Shown in pieces: positions 51,239-63,010 of a stretch of DNA of 64,000 bases. The stretch spans positions 124,001 through 188,000 of the forward strand of contig JAUCBJ010006842.1 in the NCBI GenBank assembly GCA_032718475.1, in the 5' to 3' direction. How positions within the stretch are numbered: the stretch's first letter is position 1; every line of letters starts with the position of its first letter. The position numbers and the translations under genes are program-made. The stretch is from Nemertoderma westbladi. Taxonomy: Eukaryota > Animalia > Xenacoelomorpha. The notes under the pieces were generated by a model. The model was not told where the DNA came from and searched no databases. It saw only the letters and a program-made list of their open reading frames with translations.

Positions 51239-52825
51239 TCTCTATGACACACCCCGTGGTTTTTTTGTTATAACTCTGAAATAAACTCAGTTGGGAATCT
51301 GAAATTTTATGACTTTCCTAAATATGTATTGCCTTCCTAACAGTGAAAACGGTTTTCAAAAATATTGAGAAGTTTTCGAGTTATAAAACCATTTTTTAAT
51401 CCTACTTTTGGCACTTTTCTTGAGACGTTTTTTGAATATTAAATTTTATGAAATATGATTTGTAGCATCTCTATTTTTTATTTACATAGGTTTTTTGATG
51501 TTTGCAATTAGATAAAATTCACACAAATTAATTTAGAAATTTCAAACTTGTTTTTTTCGGTGGGTGCTAAATTTTGGTGCCAGCACCAAATATGTCAATT
51601 TTTCAATTTTGTAAATTGGTTGTTTGAACCTGTTTTTTGCGCAATAGGGGTTTTATGGGGTTCTAGTTTCGATAGAATATATACGAGTTGCACCAGGCGT
51701 ATCAAACTTGTATTTTTCGGTGCTGTGTGCAAAATTTGGTGCCAGCACGAAATTTTGAAAACACATTCAATAGTTCAATGGATTGTGACAACTTATTTCT
51801 CGCGTTTTAGAGGTTAATGGCGGTGGTTCTGAATTCAATGGAAATAATGGAACTATTTCATTTATGAATAAAGTATAATGTTCAAATTTATCTTCTTTTT
51901 TCGATTCACGGCTGTACATAGAGTTAATAAGTGGCCACTTCTTCTGTAATATTATAGGCCTAAAGGAGTTATTTTTCAACTGCAGTCTTTCATAATGTTA
52001 AATATAATAATGTACATAATTAAATACAAAGAAGAAATTTAGTACTTATACTCACTCATACACTATTATACAATCGGTTCCGCAAAACGGCGAGATCAGA
52101 TTTACAATTTCTGAAAATTTTAAAAATATATCAAGTGAAATTTGACACTAAAGGACAAACTAATTAATGAACATCTTACTATGTTAATTTCTTACCTGAA
52201 TTATTAATTTGAAATTTATTCCGAAAAAATCTACAATTAGTATTGCAACATAAGATACATTCTGAAAACTCCCCGCAAAATACATCAAATTCGTGGAAAT
52301 TCAATACCAGCTACTCTACTATTAGATACTCTAGTTGGGCTAAAACGTAGTGGGGTGCTGCGCATTAGTTAGAGTGTCATATGATGGGCATATCATTAAT
52401 TATTAGACGGAGGGGGTAAACGACTACAACATTCATTTGTATTATATTTTTATATCAGGAAGAAAGCAAGAAATAAAGCGCCACATAACGATTAAATTAT
52501 TGATTTTTCTGAGATTCCTTTCCATGCAATAAATAATTTAACATAAACAATATACTAATAGTCGTATTAATACTAAACACAGAAACACACTTTAATTAAT
52601 ACACTGCAAAAGTCCTCGAGTTTATTTAGTATTACAGTAGATTTAACATTAAGAACAGATAGTTTGCGCGACTTTCTTTTAGACTTTTAAGTCTTTTAAA
52701 AACCTTCCAATTTTCCTTGGATTTGGAATCACAGTTCGTTTTAGTTGATGTGAAGAAGTTATTTCAATAACAATTGTCTTTATCAATCTAACTTTAAATC
52801 AAATCGTTGACAAGTTTTATTTCGC

Positions 52826-53920
52826 TCAAACGTCTGTGCATCCCGATGTTTTGTGATTGTTCGGCGCCGCCGTTAGACTGATCACCGATTGCTCTGTCAT
52901 CGCCAGGCTGCTCAAATCGCACGGCCGTTTGCGACAATACGAGCATGAGAGAATTCGTTTTGTCGATTTGAGAAACGATTTGTCCCTCATGTAAATTATC
53001 GAAACCATAATAAAGTCAAGATAACCGACAACACGGAACTTTTCGAACAACGCGCCCAATGAATTCAACTGGGCGAGATTGGCGAACTCGCCATTTATTG
53101 ACGGAGTATTTATGGACATCATCATGGCCGCTACTGTATGGTATGGTGCCCAGAGGACCAACGTAGCCACGCATAAGATTATCATATTTGTGATCGCGCG
53201 AATCGTCGAAGCTTTGATGTGACCCGAAGGGTTATCGCTATCCCCGCCGTAGAATGTCGGTTGATGGCGGTGCATTGCACGCAAATGGCGAAACACAATG
53301 TGTATAATGCGGCCGTTGGTAAGGGATAGGATGAGAGCAGCAACCGCTGTAAACACCACGCCACTTATTGATTCGTATGTTTGGAATGAATTAATATCTA
53401 TTTGGGAATACTCTTTTAACAACTTTAAAGTTATTTGATAGATTATGGTTATGATCCAGACGCAAGCTACGCATATCCATAAGACTCTACGGTTAATCCG
53501 CCTCTCGTAGAAAAAGGGGTAGCCAATGTATAAGAATTTTTCGAAGGATAGTAAGATTAAACTGGCTAAGTAGGCTAAGTATACGATTATTTCCAGGGAA
53601 TTTAAAAGGGTGAATGTGGTGTATGTAAATATAAAACTGACTTCGTTGTGTGGTCCCGCCATTACAGCGTAAAGTGGCAGCACAAATAGGCCTACTAGAA
53701 ATCCACTGACTGCCAAATTGGCTACGAGCAAGTTTGATTGATTGTTGCGAATATCATGATTGGAAATGTAACCAATGAGAATTAAGCCGTTTGCTGGAAC
53801 AGTTATGACTGCCAATAAACTGTAGGCGACTATCGTTATAGTTCCCTCCAGTGTCTGCTCCTGTAAGATGCCTGGAGGCGAGACAGTGCAGTTGTATTCG
53901 CAGCCAGGGTCTATCATCAT
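52826..53920 (-). CDS. Divergent rhodopsin-family (class A) GPCR, 364 aa
   Basis: Seven hydrophobic segments: TM1 ANGLIL, TM2 NLAVSGFLVG..LP, TM3 LSFEKFLYIGYPFFY, TM4 VW, TM6 LWAPY. A splice acceptor TTTTTTTTACAG lies 15 nt upstream of the ATG. Confidence 0.9.
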   Translation of the reverse strand: MMIDPGCEYNCTVSPPGILQEQTLEGTITIVAYSLLAVITVPANGLILIGYISNHDIRNNQSNLLVANLAVSGFLVGLFVLPLYAVMAGPHNEVSFIFTYTTFTLLNSLEIIVYLAYLASLILLSFEKFLYIGYPFFYERRINRRVLWICVACVWIITIIYQITLKLLKEYSQIDINSFQTYESISGVVFTAVAALILSLTNGRIIHIVFRHLRAMHRHQPTFYGGDSDNPSGHIKASTIRAITNMIILCVATLVLWAPYHTVAAMMMSINTPSINGEFANLAQLNSLGALFEKFRVVGYLDFIMVSIIYMRDKSFLKSTKRILSCSYCRKRPCDLSSLAMTEQSVISLTAAPNNHKTSGCTDV

Positions 53921-54599
53921 TACTAAGTTGTCATTCTGTAAAAAAAAATAGGAAGATTGATGATGGTGTATTTAGGAAAACTAAATTGTGTAAAAGTGAG
54001 TCAAAAAATGTTTCATGCGTTGTAAATTAACTGAATAATATCTTATGGTCTCGAAAAAGCGAAATACCCCACCGCCTAATTACCCATTACAAATTGAAAA
54101 TAAATGTGATAGACTATAGGTACCTATCAATCTTAAAAAGAAGGCACCGCTTTATGATAAATAATTCTAGTAGTCAGATAGATTAATAAGTTAAATGTGG
54201 ACGTTTTGGACAAAAGTACCATAATTGGCTCAGGTACTGTATGTATATAGTATAATAATTATAGTATATAATAAAAGGCGCTACCAATTAAAGTTTACTC
54301 AGAGAACATAAAAAAAATTAGCATAACACACCTGCTGCACCAAATAATTTACTCATTGAGAAATAATATACAAGCGGACCAAAAAAATAAATCTGGCCAA
54401 AAAAATAACTAAAGTACAAAACATATACTTTTCGCACCAAATAATTTACTTGATGACCGAAAAAATTTTATCTGAACTAATGTTATAAATTCGACCCAAA
54501 AATTAAAACATCAGCCCCAAAACAGACATTTATACTCTAAAACACATAAATCAAACAACAATACAGTAGTCAGATATATGATATTTATTTCCATTGAGT

Positions 54600-54755
54600 C
54601 AGCTTTTTCTAACCAAAACAATAAACGATGTTGTTACGAATAGAGAGAAGGGAGCAGGTTTCAGAGACGTCTTTTTCTAACCAATTACCAATTGAAGGAA
54701 AGTAAACGGTTATAGAGACGGCTTTTTCTAACCAAAGCAATAAACGATGTTGTTA
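54600..54755. repeat. Degenerate copies of the 68-bp repeat family
   Basis: CTAACCAAAACAATAAACGATG...GGAGCAGGTT; an inverted remnant lies near 55545-55590. Confidence 0.7.
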
Positions 54756-55379
54756 ACAATATTGAATATAAAAATATACTGTACATAATACAGTAATATA
54801 TAAAAAATACTTTGGGACGAATTTAAATAATTTGGTGCGCAAAGTATGTAATCTGGGAAAGAAATTATGTATTTGTACGTAGCTTTCATAGCTTACAGAA
54901 AACATGAAATTTGGGGCTATCGTTTTGGGGCGGTAAAAAAGTATATTTGGTGCGAAAACTATGTAATCTGGGCTAGTAATAATTTGTGGTCATAATTAAA
55001 TCAGTAAATTGAATTGTATAATAATAAGATAAATATAATAAGTTATACAGTAGTTATAATTATAATCAGTAAGTCAGATAAAATTAAATCAGGTATATAA
55101 TTAACATTCCATTCATTTTTCAAGGGGAACCAAATTTGCTAATAATTTATGGGTCCCATATTACTATGGCAACAGGAGATGGTTTGCAAAAGCCAAATTT
55201 CCAATAATCCTACAATCTTAAAATCTTATATACCTTATCAGCATCAGAAATTATATTTTCGCCGTTTGTCAAACAAACCCGGTAACCAGGTAAGACGGGG
55301 GGGGGGGGGGGGGCTTAAATTATGTTGCAAAGTTGGTTCCTCTTAAAATATGAATGGTAATTACCTACACCCGTGCCAA

Positions 55380-55705
55380 TAGGATCATGGATCCGGAAGT
55401 CTGCTTAAGACCTTCGGATACCTAAGGAGAAGGAATAGTCTTGTCTGAGATTTAGAAGTCCCATACTGTATAATATATCTGACCGTTGATCCTCAAACTG
55501 TTGACTCTCAATTAAATTATATTACTACATAGTCCTATCTCTCGTTTATTGTTTTGGTTCCTCTGAAACCAACTCTGTAACCTGCTGATAAACTAATCTG
55601 CCTCAAGTAGGTTTAGGTGTGTAGGTGTAGGTGTAGCGTTTACCCCCGAATAAAACGGAAACTCAAGGTTCGATTATTTAGGGCAGCAGTAGAAGCAGTA
55701 CTCAT
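55380..55705 (+). mobile_element. Short RTE fragments
   Basis: GSWIRKS near 55382 and PRIKRKLKVRLFRAAVEAVL near 55645. Confidence 0.65.
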
Positions 55706-57155
55706 ATATTTGAGTTATAAAATAAATAAAATTACAAATAAAAATGTTGCCCATGTGAAGAATGCCGCCAGGTTTTCACATTTCGGTCGATATTTAATTT
55801 GATTTTTATATTTTTAATTTATGCTCATTTCTATCTTATAACATGTACAGATACTAATTCGTTTATTGTTTTGGTTAGATTCAGCCCTTTTGTAACCTGG
55901 GTATTTTATGACGTGGAAACATGGTATTGTTCATCTGGGGGTAAACTTCAAAGTGAACTATTACAACAGATAATGTGCTATACTTAATATAATTTACGTA
56001 CTAAGTAATACGTAGGGCCTGCAATACTCCAAAGCAAAATAATTTTTCAGTTTTATAGTTTTTAGTTTTCAGTCTTATAACATTTTTGCTGGCGCACGGG
56101 TTTTAAAACCCCTTTTACTGTAATAAAAATAAATGGAAGGTTACCATACGATCGGTAGTCTAGCGGTTGTATGTATATATGTTTACCATTGGGGCATGTC
56201 AAAAATCGAATATTAATTTAATCGCATTTAAGAGTGAAATAATATAACCACCATGTAAGGATAAATGACAGGCGCTTAATGAATTCTTATTTGTGCATCA
56301 TAGATTATTACATTATTGTATATGTATAGTGAATATAGCGTCGCCATGTTGTCGCCAAAACAGTAATAAAACGCTCCACTGGCTTAAATGATTACAATAG
56401 AAATCAGTTATATTAATATTATTATTATTCAATGATAACAGAAGCGGATCCACCACTGCACTACTGGTTTGGTAAATTCATTTGCTCGGCTGAGCGCAGT
56501 CTCTTGGGCCGTCCAAGTAGCACAAATCATAAGGCACGGCAAATATATGCCATTGGCAAGGGTACTCCAGGGGTAACCCATACCCTTGTTTGCTAGTGAA
56601 ACCTAACCGCCTTTGGCTAATAACTTCGAGATTTTTGTCATGTAGTTCTACCCGGGCCATATTGATTCCTTTTATTTGCATTGAACAAATACATGGGTAC
56701 TAACAAGGATACAACTGCCTGTGCCTGATAGCAGGAATTGCGATCATTGCCTGGGGAATTCAAGAAAGTGATCGATTATAATAATATGCCCTCATCCGAT
56801 ATGTAACGGAAAGCCTTTTCTTGAAAAATTTGAAATAAAATCAATCAGGATTTAAGGCTTAATTACAATGCTAAGTTGTATACCGGACGAGATATTACTG
56901 CATTATTGCCATATGAAACCTTATCCCATGGGAAGTCCGCCCCACGAACAACATTCGCCCAATAAACAATAGCACTTTATCTCGTGGGTGAAGATTGTTG
57001 AGTAGGGCCTACCCCCCCCCCCCCCCCCCCCCTGATTTTAACTTAACACAGCTTTACTGCTTACCTATAGTGTTAGTTAATCAGAAATATATCTATGGTA
57101 AGGTGGGCCAACTTAAAAGTACTACAAAACTAAAACACTAAAACTAAACACTACA

Positions 57156-58328
57156 GGAGAAATGGTTGCCCCCTATTTGTCTGCCAACTGGACACCGAAT
57201 CTGCTTTCGACAACTTAGATCACAACATTATCTTTAGTAAACTTGCGGGGGACATAAACCCATACATAGTTTTAGCACTGTATATAGTTACTACTCCATT
57301 ACATCTGCCTTCTTCAAATTCAATGGATCAATTGATGCACAGGGTATCCATATACAAAGGGGAGCGAAACAAGGGTCTCTCCTGTCACCAGTGATTTTCA
57401 ACATTTCCACTGTCCTTTCTAAATTACAGAATTCACGCTATGGTTACCAGCTCTACTTCATCTGGTTAGAGGCTTTTAGCTATGCAGACGACTTACTATT
57501 GGTTGCACCTACGAAAACAGATATTGAATTAATGGCGTCTGTTGTGGTGGGGGAAAGCAGAACGCTGAATCTCAGAATTGAGCCTTCCAAGACGAACTGG
57601 ATCTACACATCCAATAAACCACATACATCCTTCATCAATATAAATGGACAGCTAACAACTGAGAGCAATTCCTTAGTATTCCTAGGTTTCAACATTGCTC
57701 TCCGTAGACAAGATGTTCTCACCCATTGCATCAACACCGTATCTGCTATCTCGGGCTGGATGGACAGTACGGCACCTCGACATCAATCAAGACACTGGCT
57801 ACTTTATGGAACGCCATAGCTATTCCCTCAATTATGTATCGTATTAAATTCTCTATCTCTATCTAAATTCTCTGACTTAGGAACGAAATGGGCACACTGG
57901 ATACACCTGTAGAAAGGCCCTGCGCTCTCTGCTCTATGTTGGTCATTACGCAAGCAACGGCGTAGTATCACACCTCCTCAACTGTCCAGACCTCACTACT
58001 GGTATACTCAGCGCCGTCCTAGGAACCATCACCAGAATATACCACTGTCAGAACGAAGCCCTGCAACCACGCCTTATCACTGCCATGCTTACAAACATTA
58101 CGGACTACACCGGTTTAGGTAGCACCTACTGTACAAAAAGGCAACGTACTATTATCCCCTTCCAACCCTAAGGGCGCTACTCTGCTCCCCGTACTGCGTG
58201 AAACAGTTAAAGAACCGCCTACAACCAGGAAACCTCACTCACACAGAAAAATCGGCGACATCCTTCTAGCCAATTGTTACCAGCACGTGGCCGGATCCTT
58301 TACTGCTAAAGCCTACTACTACTACTAG
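57156..58328 (+). mobile_element. Degraded non-LTR retrotransposon RT to 3' end with (CTA)n tail
   Basis: CQLDTESAFDNLDH, IQRGAKQGSLLSPVIFN, FSYADDLLL and FLGFNI; ends in CTACTACTACTACTA. Confidence 0.82.
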
Positions 58329-58332
58329 GATC

Positions 58333-59168
58333 GGCATGCTGCATTGCAGCTGCATTTTTAAGAATGCTGTGCCGGCTTGTCAACAAAATTGCACCGCCAC
58401 AACTCCCTATCACCCATGACATTTGCTAGATCATCCGCATCTTTAAGGCCAGTGTCCTTTAAGATGCGTCTCAAGAAAGTCATGGGCTGTCCACCATGCT
58501 TATTCACTCCATGAGGCTGCCAAAGTACAAGATTATGCACTGGCTGGTCCTCACGGCGAAAGCAATGTCCTGCAAAGCGGAGGCGGTTTTGTTCTAGTGT
58601 CAAGCTTGGGGGAACCAATGAGACACCTCCAATGTTATATAGTGTCTGGTTGGAGATGTGTGCATTGTACTTGACACAATGAACCCGGCGTAGCATTCTT
58701 GTGAATGTGCCATCCAGAGATTTGGTGTCCTCAGCAGTTAGAGCCCAGCATGGACTCCCATAGAGGAGTACTGGAACTACTGCTGCTCTAAATAATCGGA
58801 CCTTAAGTTTCCGATTAATTCTCGGTGATTTCCAAATCCTGGAAAGCCTATTCAAGGCTGCCCATGCCTTTCCCTTACGTATTCGAAGGTCCTCACCTGA
58901 CTTCTGGATCCATGATCCCAGGTAACAGAAGTCGTCCACATGCTCAAGCATACCATCCTTTGAGCTTATGCTCATCCGATCAGAGACTTGCTGAGGACTT
59001 TCAAAGTTAACGGTCAGAATTTTGGTCTTTCTGGAGTTAATAAAAAGACCAACACTAGAAGCAGCATGTTCTAATGAGCTGAGGAGCCGTTGGGCTCCCT
59101 CTAATGATTCTGAGAGTACTCCTAAGTCATCAGCAAAGTCTAGATCAGTTAGGTACTTGGCAGGATGC
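58333..59168 (-). mobile_element. 5'-truncated RTE-clade LINE with an intact reading frame
   Basis: Open frame from YLTDLDFADDL through INSRKTK, FCYLGSWI, VLLYGSPCW and RLRFAGHC to the stop at 58358. Confidence 0.93.
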
Positions 59169-59985
59169 TAAAGCCTCCTTTACTAAAGGCAATAAAGCCT
59201 CAGTAACTCCTTTACCTTTTACTGATAATTTAATTGATTACACTTTAACTAACCAACTAACTACCACAACCCAGTAACAGAAGAAACCAACTCCACCCCG
59301 AAAAGTTTACTTAAAATATCGTATAATTTTATTAATAATATTGTAATACAGCATTATATTTGTTGTTTCTCAATACAGAGAAAACGATTTATATAGATCA
59401 ATGAAACATTATTCCAGTACTGACTTAACTGGAAAATAACCATAATAGAAACCACAACTACTCATCAAAATAATTATTGTCGAAATTACAATGTCAAAAT
59501 ACAATTCTTTCTAAGAGAATTCTAAGAGTAACAATAACATATGGTATTCACATGTAAATCATTAATAACATCATATAAATGTTACTTCAAGGTTACTATA
59601 ACTATTTAATATGTAATAGGCGTATTATTATCAATCAGTGCAATGTACAACATAAGTGGGAGCCTAATCAGACTAATCAGAGTTTCATTCTTTAGGAATA
59701 ATTGACATAATACAACAATAAGACAGTTTTGGCCTTTGATGACATTCATCTATTCACAAAATGTAGATAATAATAATAATAAATACTATATTGTATTTTA
59801 CAGTATAGATAAGGGCAATACACATTTTCAAATAAAAATAAATCATATCGTAATATACAATGCATTTGGCGAGGTGAATGTGTTTTATTGCTCTCTATTT
59901 ACGTAGGCCTATGTATAGATGAACACAAAGAGGTTCGCGCAGCACGTGATTAGGATTATAAAATAAGTAAACAATAAAAGATTAC

Positions 59986-60087
59986 CCTGACATGTTGTCT
60001 ACTTGATGCCAAGCCACAGTACTGCAAACGGGATAACAAACCATCGCAAAGTCTCAATATAAGCTGTAGCAAAGACAGTAGACCTAT
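59986..60087 (-). other. Candidate upstream exon of the GPCR at 52826-53920
   Basis: TTTTACAG acceptor and CAGG|GTAATC donor bound a 102-nt segment that is open in phase 0. Based on splice signals only. Confidence 0.3.
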
Positions 60088-61079
60088 CTGTAAAATGATC
60101 AGCCAGAAATGGTTATAAACAAGGCTGGAGAACTGCAGACAATCAGCTTCCTCACACGGTTTAGTAGCGGAAAACAGTGCCGGGAAATATAATGTTCAGA
60201 TTTTCAAGGTGGTTAGAGCGTCGGTTTTACAATTGTCGGTAATTGTCGTTTCGCTGTAAAGTCTAAGGAACTACTGTAGCTTCATGTCGCAGTGTCCGAG
60301 TAGATACATACTGCGCCTGAACTGCTTACACAATATTGTCTGGCGGCGGAGGTTCGAACTATCGAAAAGTAAAAGTGGATACGGCGAAGGTTCGAATAAA
60401 GGCTGTAGAGATCTCAGCACAAGGTTCAACCCATTTAAATGTCATGAAGTTATTAGCATGCCAAACTATGACGACGCCAATAACGACACAGTTTAACGTG
60501 ATCTATCAATACACATCAAAAGAAATAATGTTCGTTTAACCTTGGAAACACTGTAAAACGCAGTAGGTAGTAGTAGTAGCCATTTGCACAGTAGGCTATA
60601 GCGCTGTCCGTGAAATGAGATAAGAATACGTCACACTCAGTGAGTCAGATAAATGTCCCAAAGGCACAGCACGCAAATATATTACAATGTGATTGTTGTA
60701 GGGGTGTGGCCTTAACACAAACCTCACCTAGCAATACGTACTATCAAGAAAATGCAAATGTGACAGGAGTTCCGTTTGAAGCCCCTGCTGGGGTTCCTTT
60801 AGCAAAGATAAGTGACAATGACAACGCCATTAAACGCTTGGAACGATTTGGTGGTTAAAGGGAATTATTTTAATGTGGGGCGAGCGACGAAATAACCAAG
60901 GTTGGCATACACACTTATAACAACTTATAGACATATTTTGTTTGCCCTTTGAGAAATTTCGTTACGTACAGTATGACTAATAGCTTACCAATAATATTGC
61001 GTTAATGCGATGATGGCCTATCTATTCTGTGTTTGACAATTAATTGTAAACTGATTCATATAATTCCGAAGTCACCAAA

Positions 61080-61880
61080 TTAACCTTATTTTTACAACTT
61101 AATTGACTCATTTTGTAAATTTTTTAGATCTTGGCTCAAAAATTACCATTTTGATGGTATAAGGGTTTTCGAGGTCGCGGATCACGATAAAACTCGTTAA
61201 AATATTTTCTGGCAATGCAAATCTCATTTATGGTGCTATTTTGGGCCACCAGGAAGAAAAGTACAAATTATAAAATGTCAAACTATAATGGTATGTGTTT
61301 GGTTTGCTAAGTCTGAAGGTATAGGGTACGGGCTTTCGAGGTCGCTGATCACGATGAAACTAGAAACTCTTTCTGGAAATGCGAACATCATTTTTGGTGC
61401 TACAGTATTATGGTGCCCCAGAACGAAAAGTCCATGTAGCAAAAATTTCAAACTGTTAAATTTTGCCTTTGGTTTTGTAATTCTGAAGCTATGCTGGTTA
61501 TCAAACTGGATCAGCTATGCCGCTGATTTACGATACAACTCATTGAAAATCATTGGTGGTAACGCAACTATAATTTTTGGTACTTGTCTGGTGCGCCGAA
61601 AAAACAAGTAGCATAACATTTCACTTGTCAAAAATCGCATTTGGTTGGATAATATGAAATGTTTGACTGTCACATTCGGATTCGTGATCAGCACGCCAGA
61701 AAACCCCTAATGCCATAAAATCAGGTAGATTTGGTAATGATTTTTGATTATCACATTTGTGCTACTTGTATTTTTCGTGCCGCACATAGACTCATATCCA
61801 AAAATGCCGTAATTAACAAGGTACGACATATTTCAGTGTCATATTCGTAATCAGCATCTTTCATGACAAAATATACTCAC
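61080..61880. mobile_element. Degraded non-autonomous DNA-transposon-like sequence
   Basis: GGGTTTTCGAGGTCGC.GATCACGAT is repeated and also inverted (CGTGATCAGCAC..GAAAACCCC); it resembles 51540-51900. Confidence 0.4.
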
Positions 61881-61921
61881 CCGATGGAAAACAAATAGAT
61901 AAAAATAGTTATACTGTACTA

Positions 61922-62602
61922 CTGCGAACGGAATGCTGCATGCATTGCAGCTGCATTATATATATATATATTGCATATATATGAATGCTGTGCTGGCTTA
62001 TCGACAAAATTGCGCCGCCACAACTCCCTATCACCCATGACATTTGCTATATCATCCGCATCTTTAAGGCCAGTGTCCTTTAAGATGCTTCTCAAGAAAG
62101 TCATGGGCTGTCCACCATGCTTATTCACTTCATGAGGCCGCCAAAGCACAAGATTAAGCACTGACTGGTCCTCACGGCGATAGCAATGTTCTGCAAAGCG
62201 GAGGCGGTTCCGTTCAGTGTCAAGCTACAGGGGGGACTGGTGAAACACCTCCAAGGTTGTATAGAGTCTGACTGGAGATATATTCATTGTACTTGACAAA
62301 TGAACCCGGCACAGCATTCTTGTGAAAGTGCCATCCAGAGATTTGGTATCTTCTGCAGTTAGAGCCCAACATGGACTCCCATATAAGAGTACTGGTACTA
62401 CTGTTGCAATTAATAATAGAACCTTAAGGTACACTGTTTCATTTTATGGGACTTAAAAAATCCTGGACAGACTATTTAACGCTACCCATGCCTTCCACTT
62501 ACGTATCCGAAAGTCTTCTTCACCTGACTTTCTGATCCATGATCCCAAGTAGCAGAAGTCATCCACGTGCTCAATCAAGCAGCTTATGCCCTTACGATCA
62601 GA
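61922..62602 (-). mobile_element. RTE-clade LINE 3' fragment
   Basis: VVPVLLYGSPCWALTAEDTKSLDGTFTRML and MTFLRSILKDTGLKDADD..FVDKPAQHS, with frameshifts. Confidence 0.9.
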
Positions 62603-63010
62603 CATGATGATGTCATGATGTGCTGACATGATGATGATGGTGTTACCATCACCCCGTCTTTATTAACCCTATCTACCCTGGGGGCCTTTTAGATCTTCCC
62701 ACAGCCTGGGGGGGGGGGGGGGGGGGGGGGATTCGACCCAGACCTAATTTCTCGGCCATTTTTTAATGAGTTTCACTGAAATTTGGTAACAATATATCTA
62801 GTGCAATATTTTAATACGTTCTTGAAAAAAATAGATTCGATTTGTATTTTTGTATTTTTTTAAATATTCATTTTATAACCTATATTCCCGCGATTTATAG
62901 GTTTTCTGTGATTGTAAATTCAATGGAAATGAAATAAAGATAATCCAACTGGACGCAAAACCCCCTTTGGCAAATTAATATCCCGCCTCAATGTTAAATT
63001 CTCCATTTAA

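Noticed and set aside
62705-62730. Long poly-G/poly-C runs here and elsewhere as functional G-quadruplexes
   Set aside because: Homopolymer runs are scattered through repeats and their length is error-prone; nothing supports a function.
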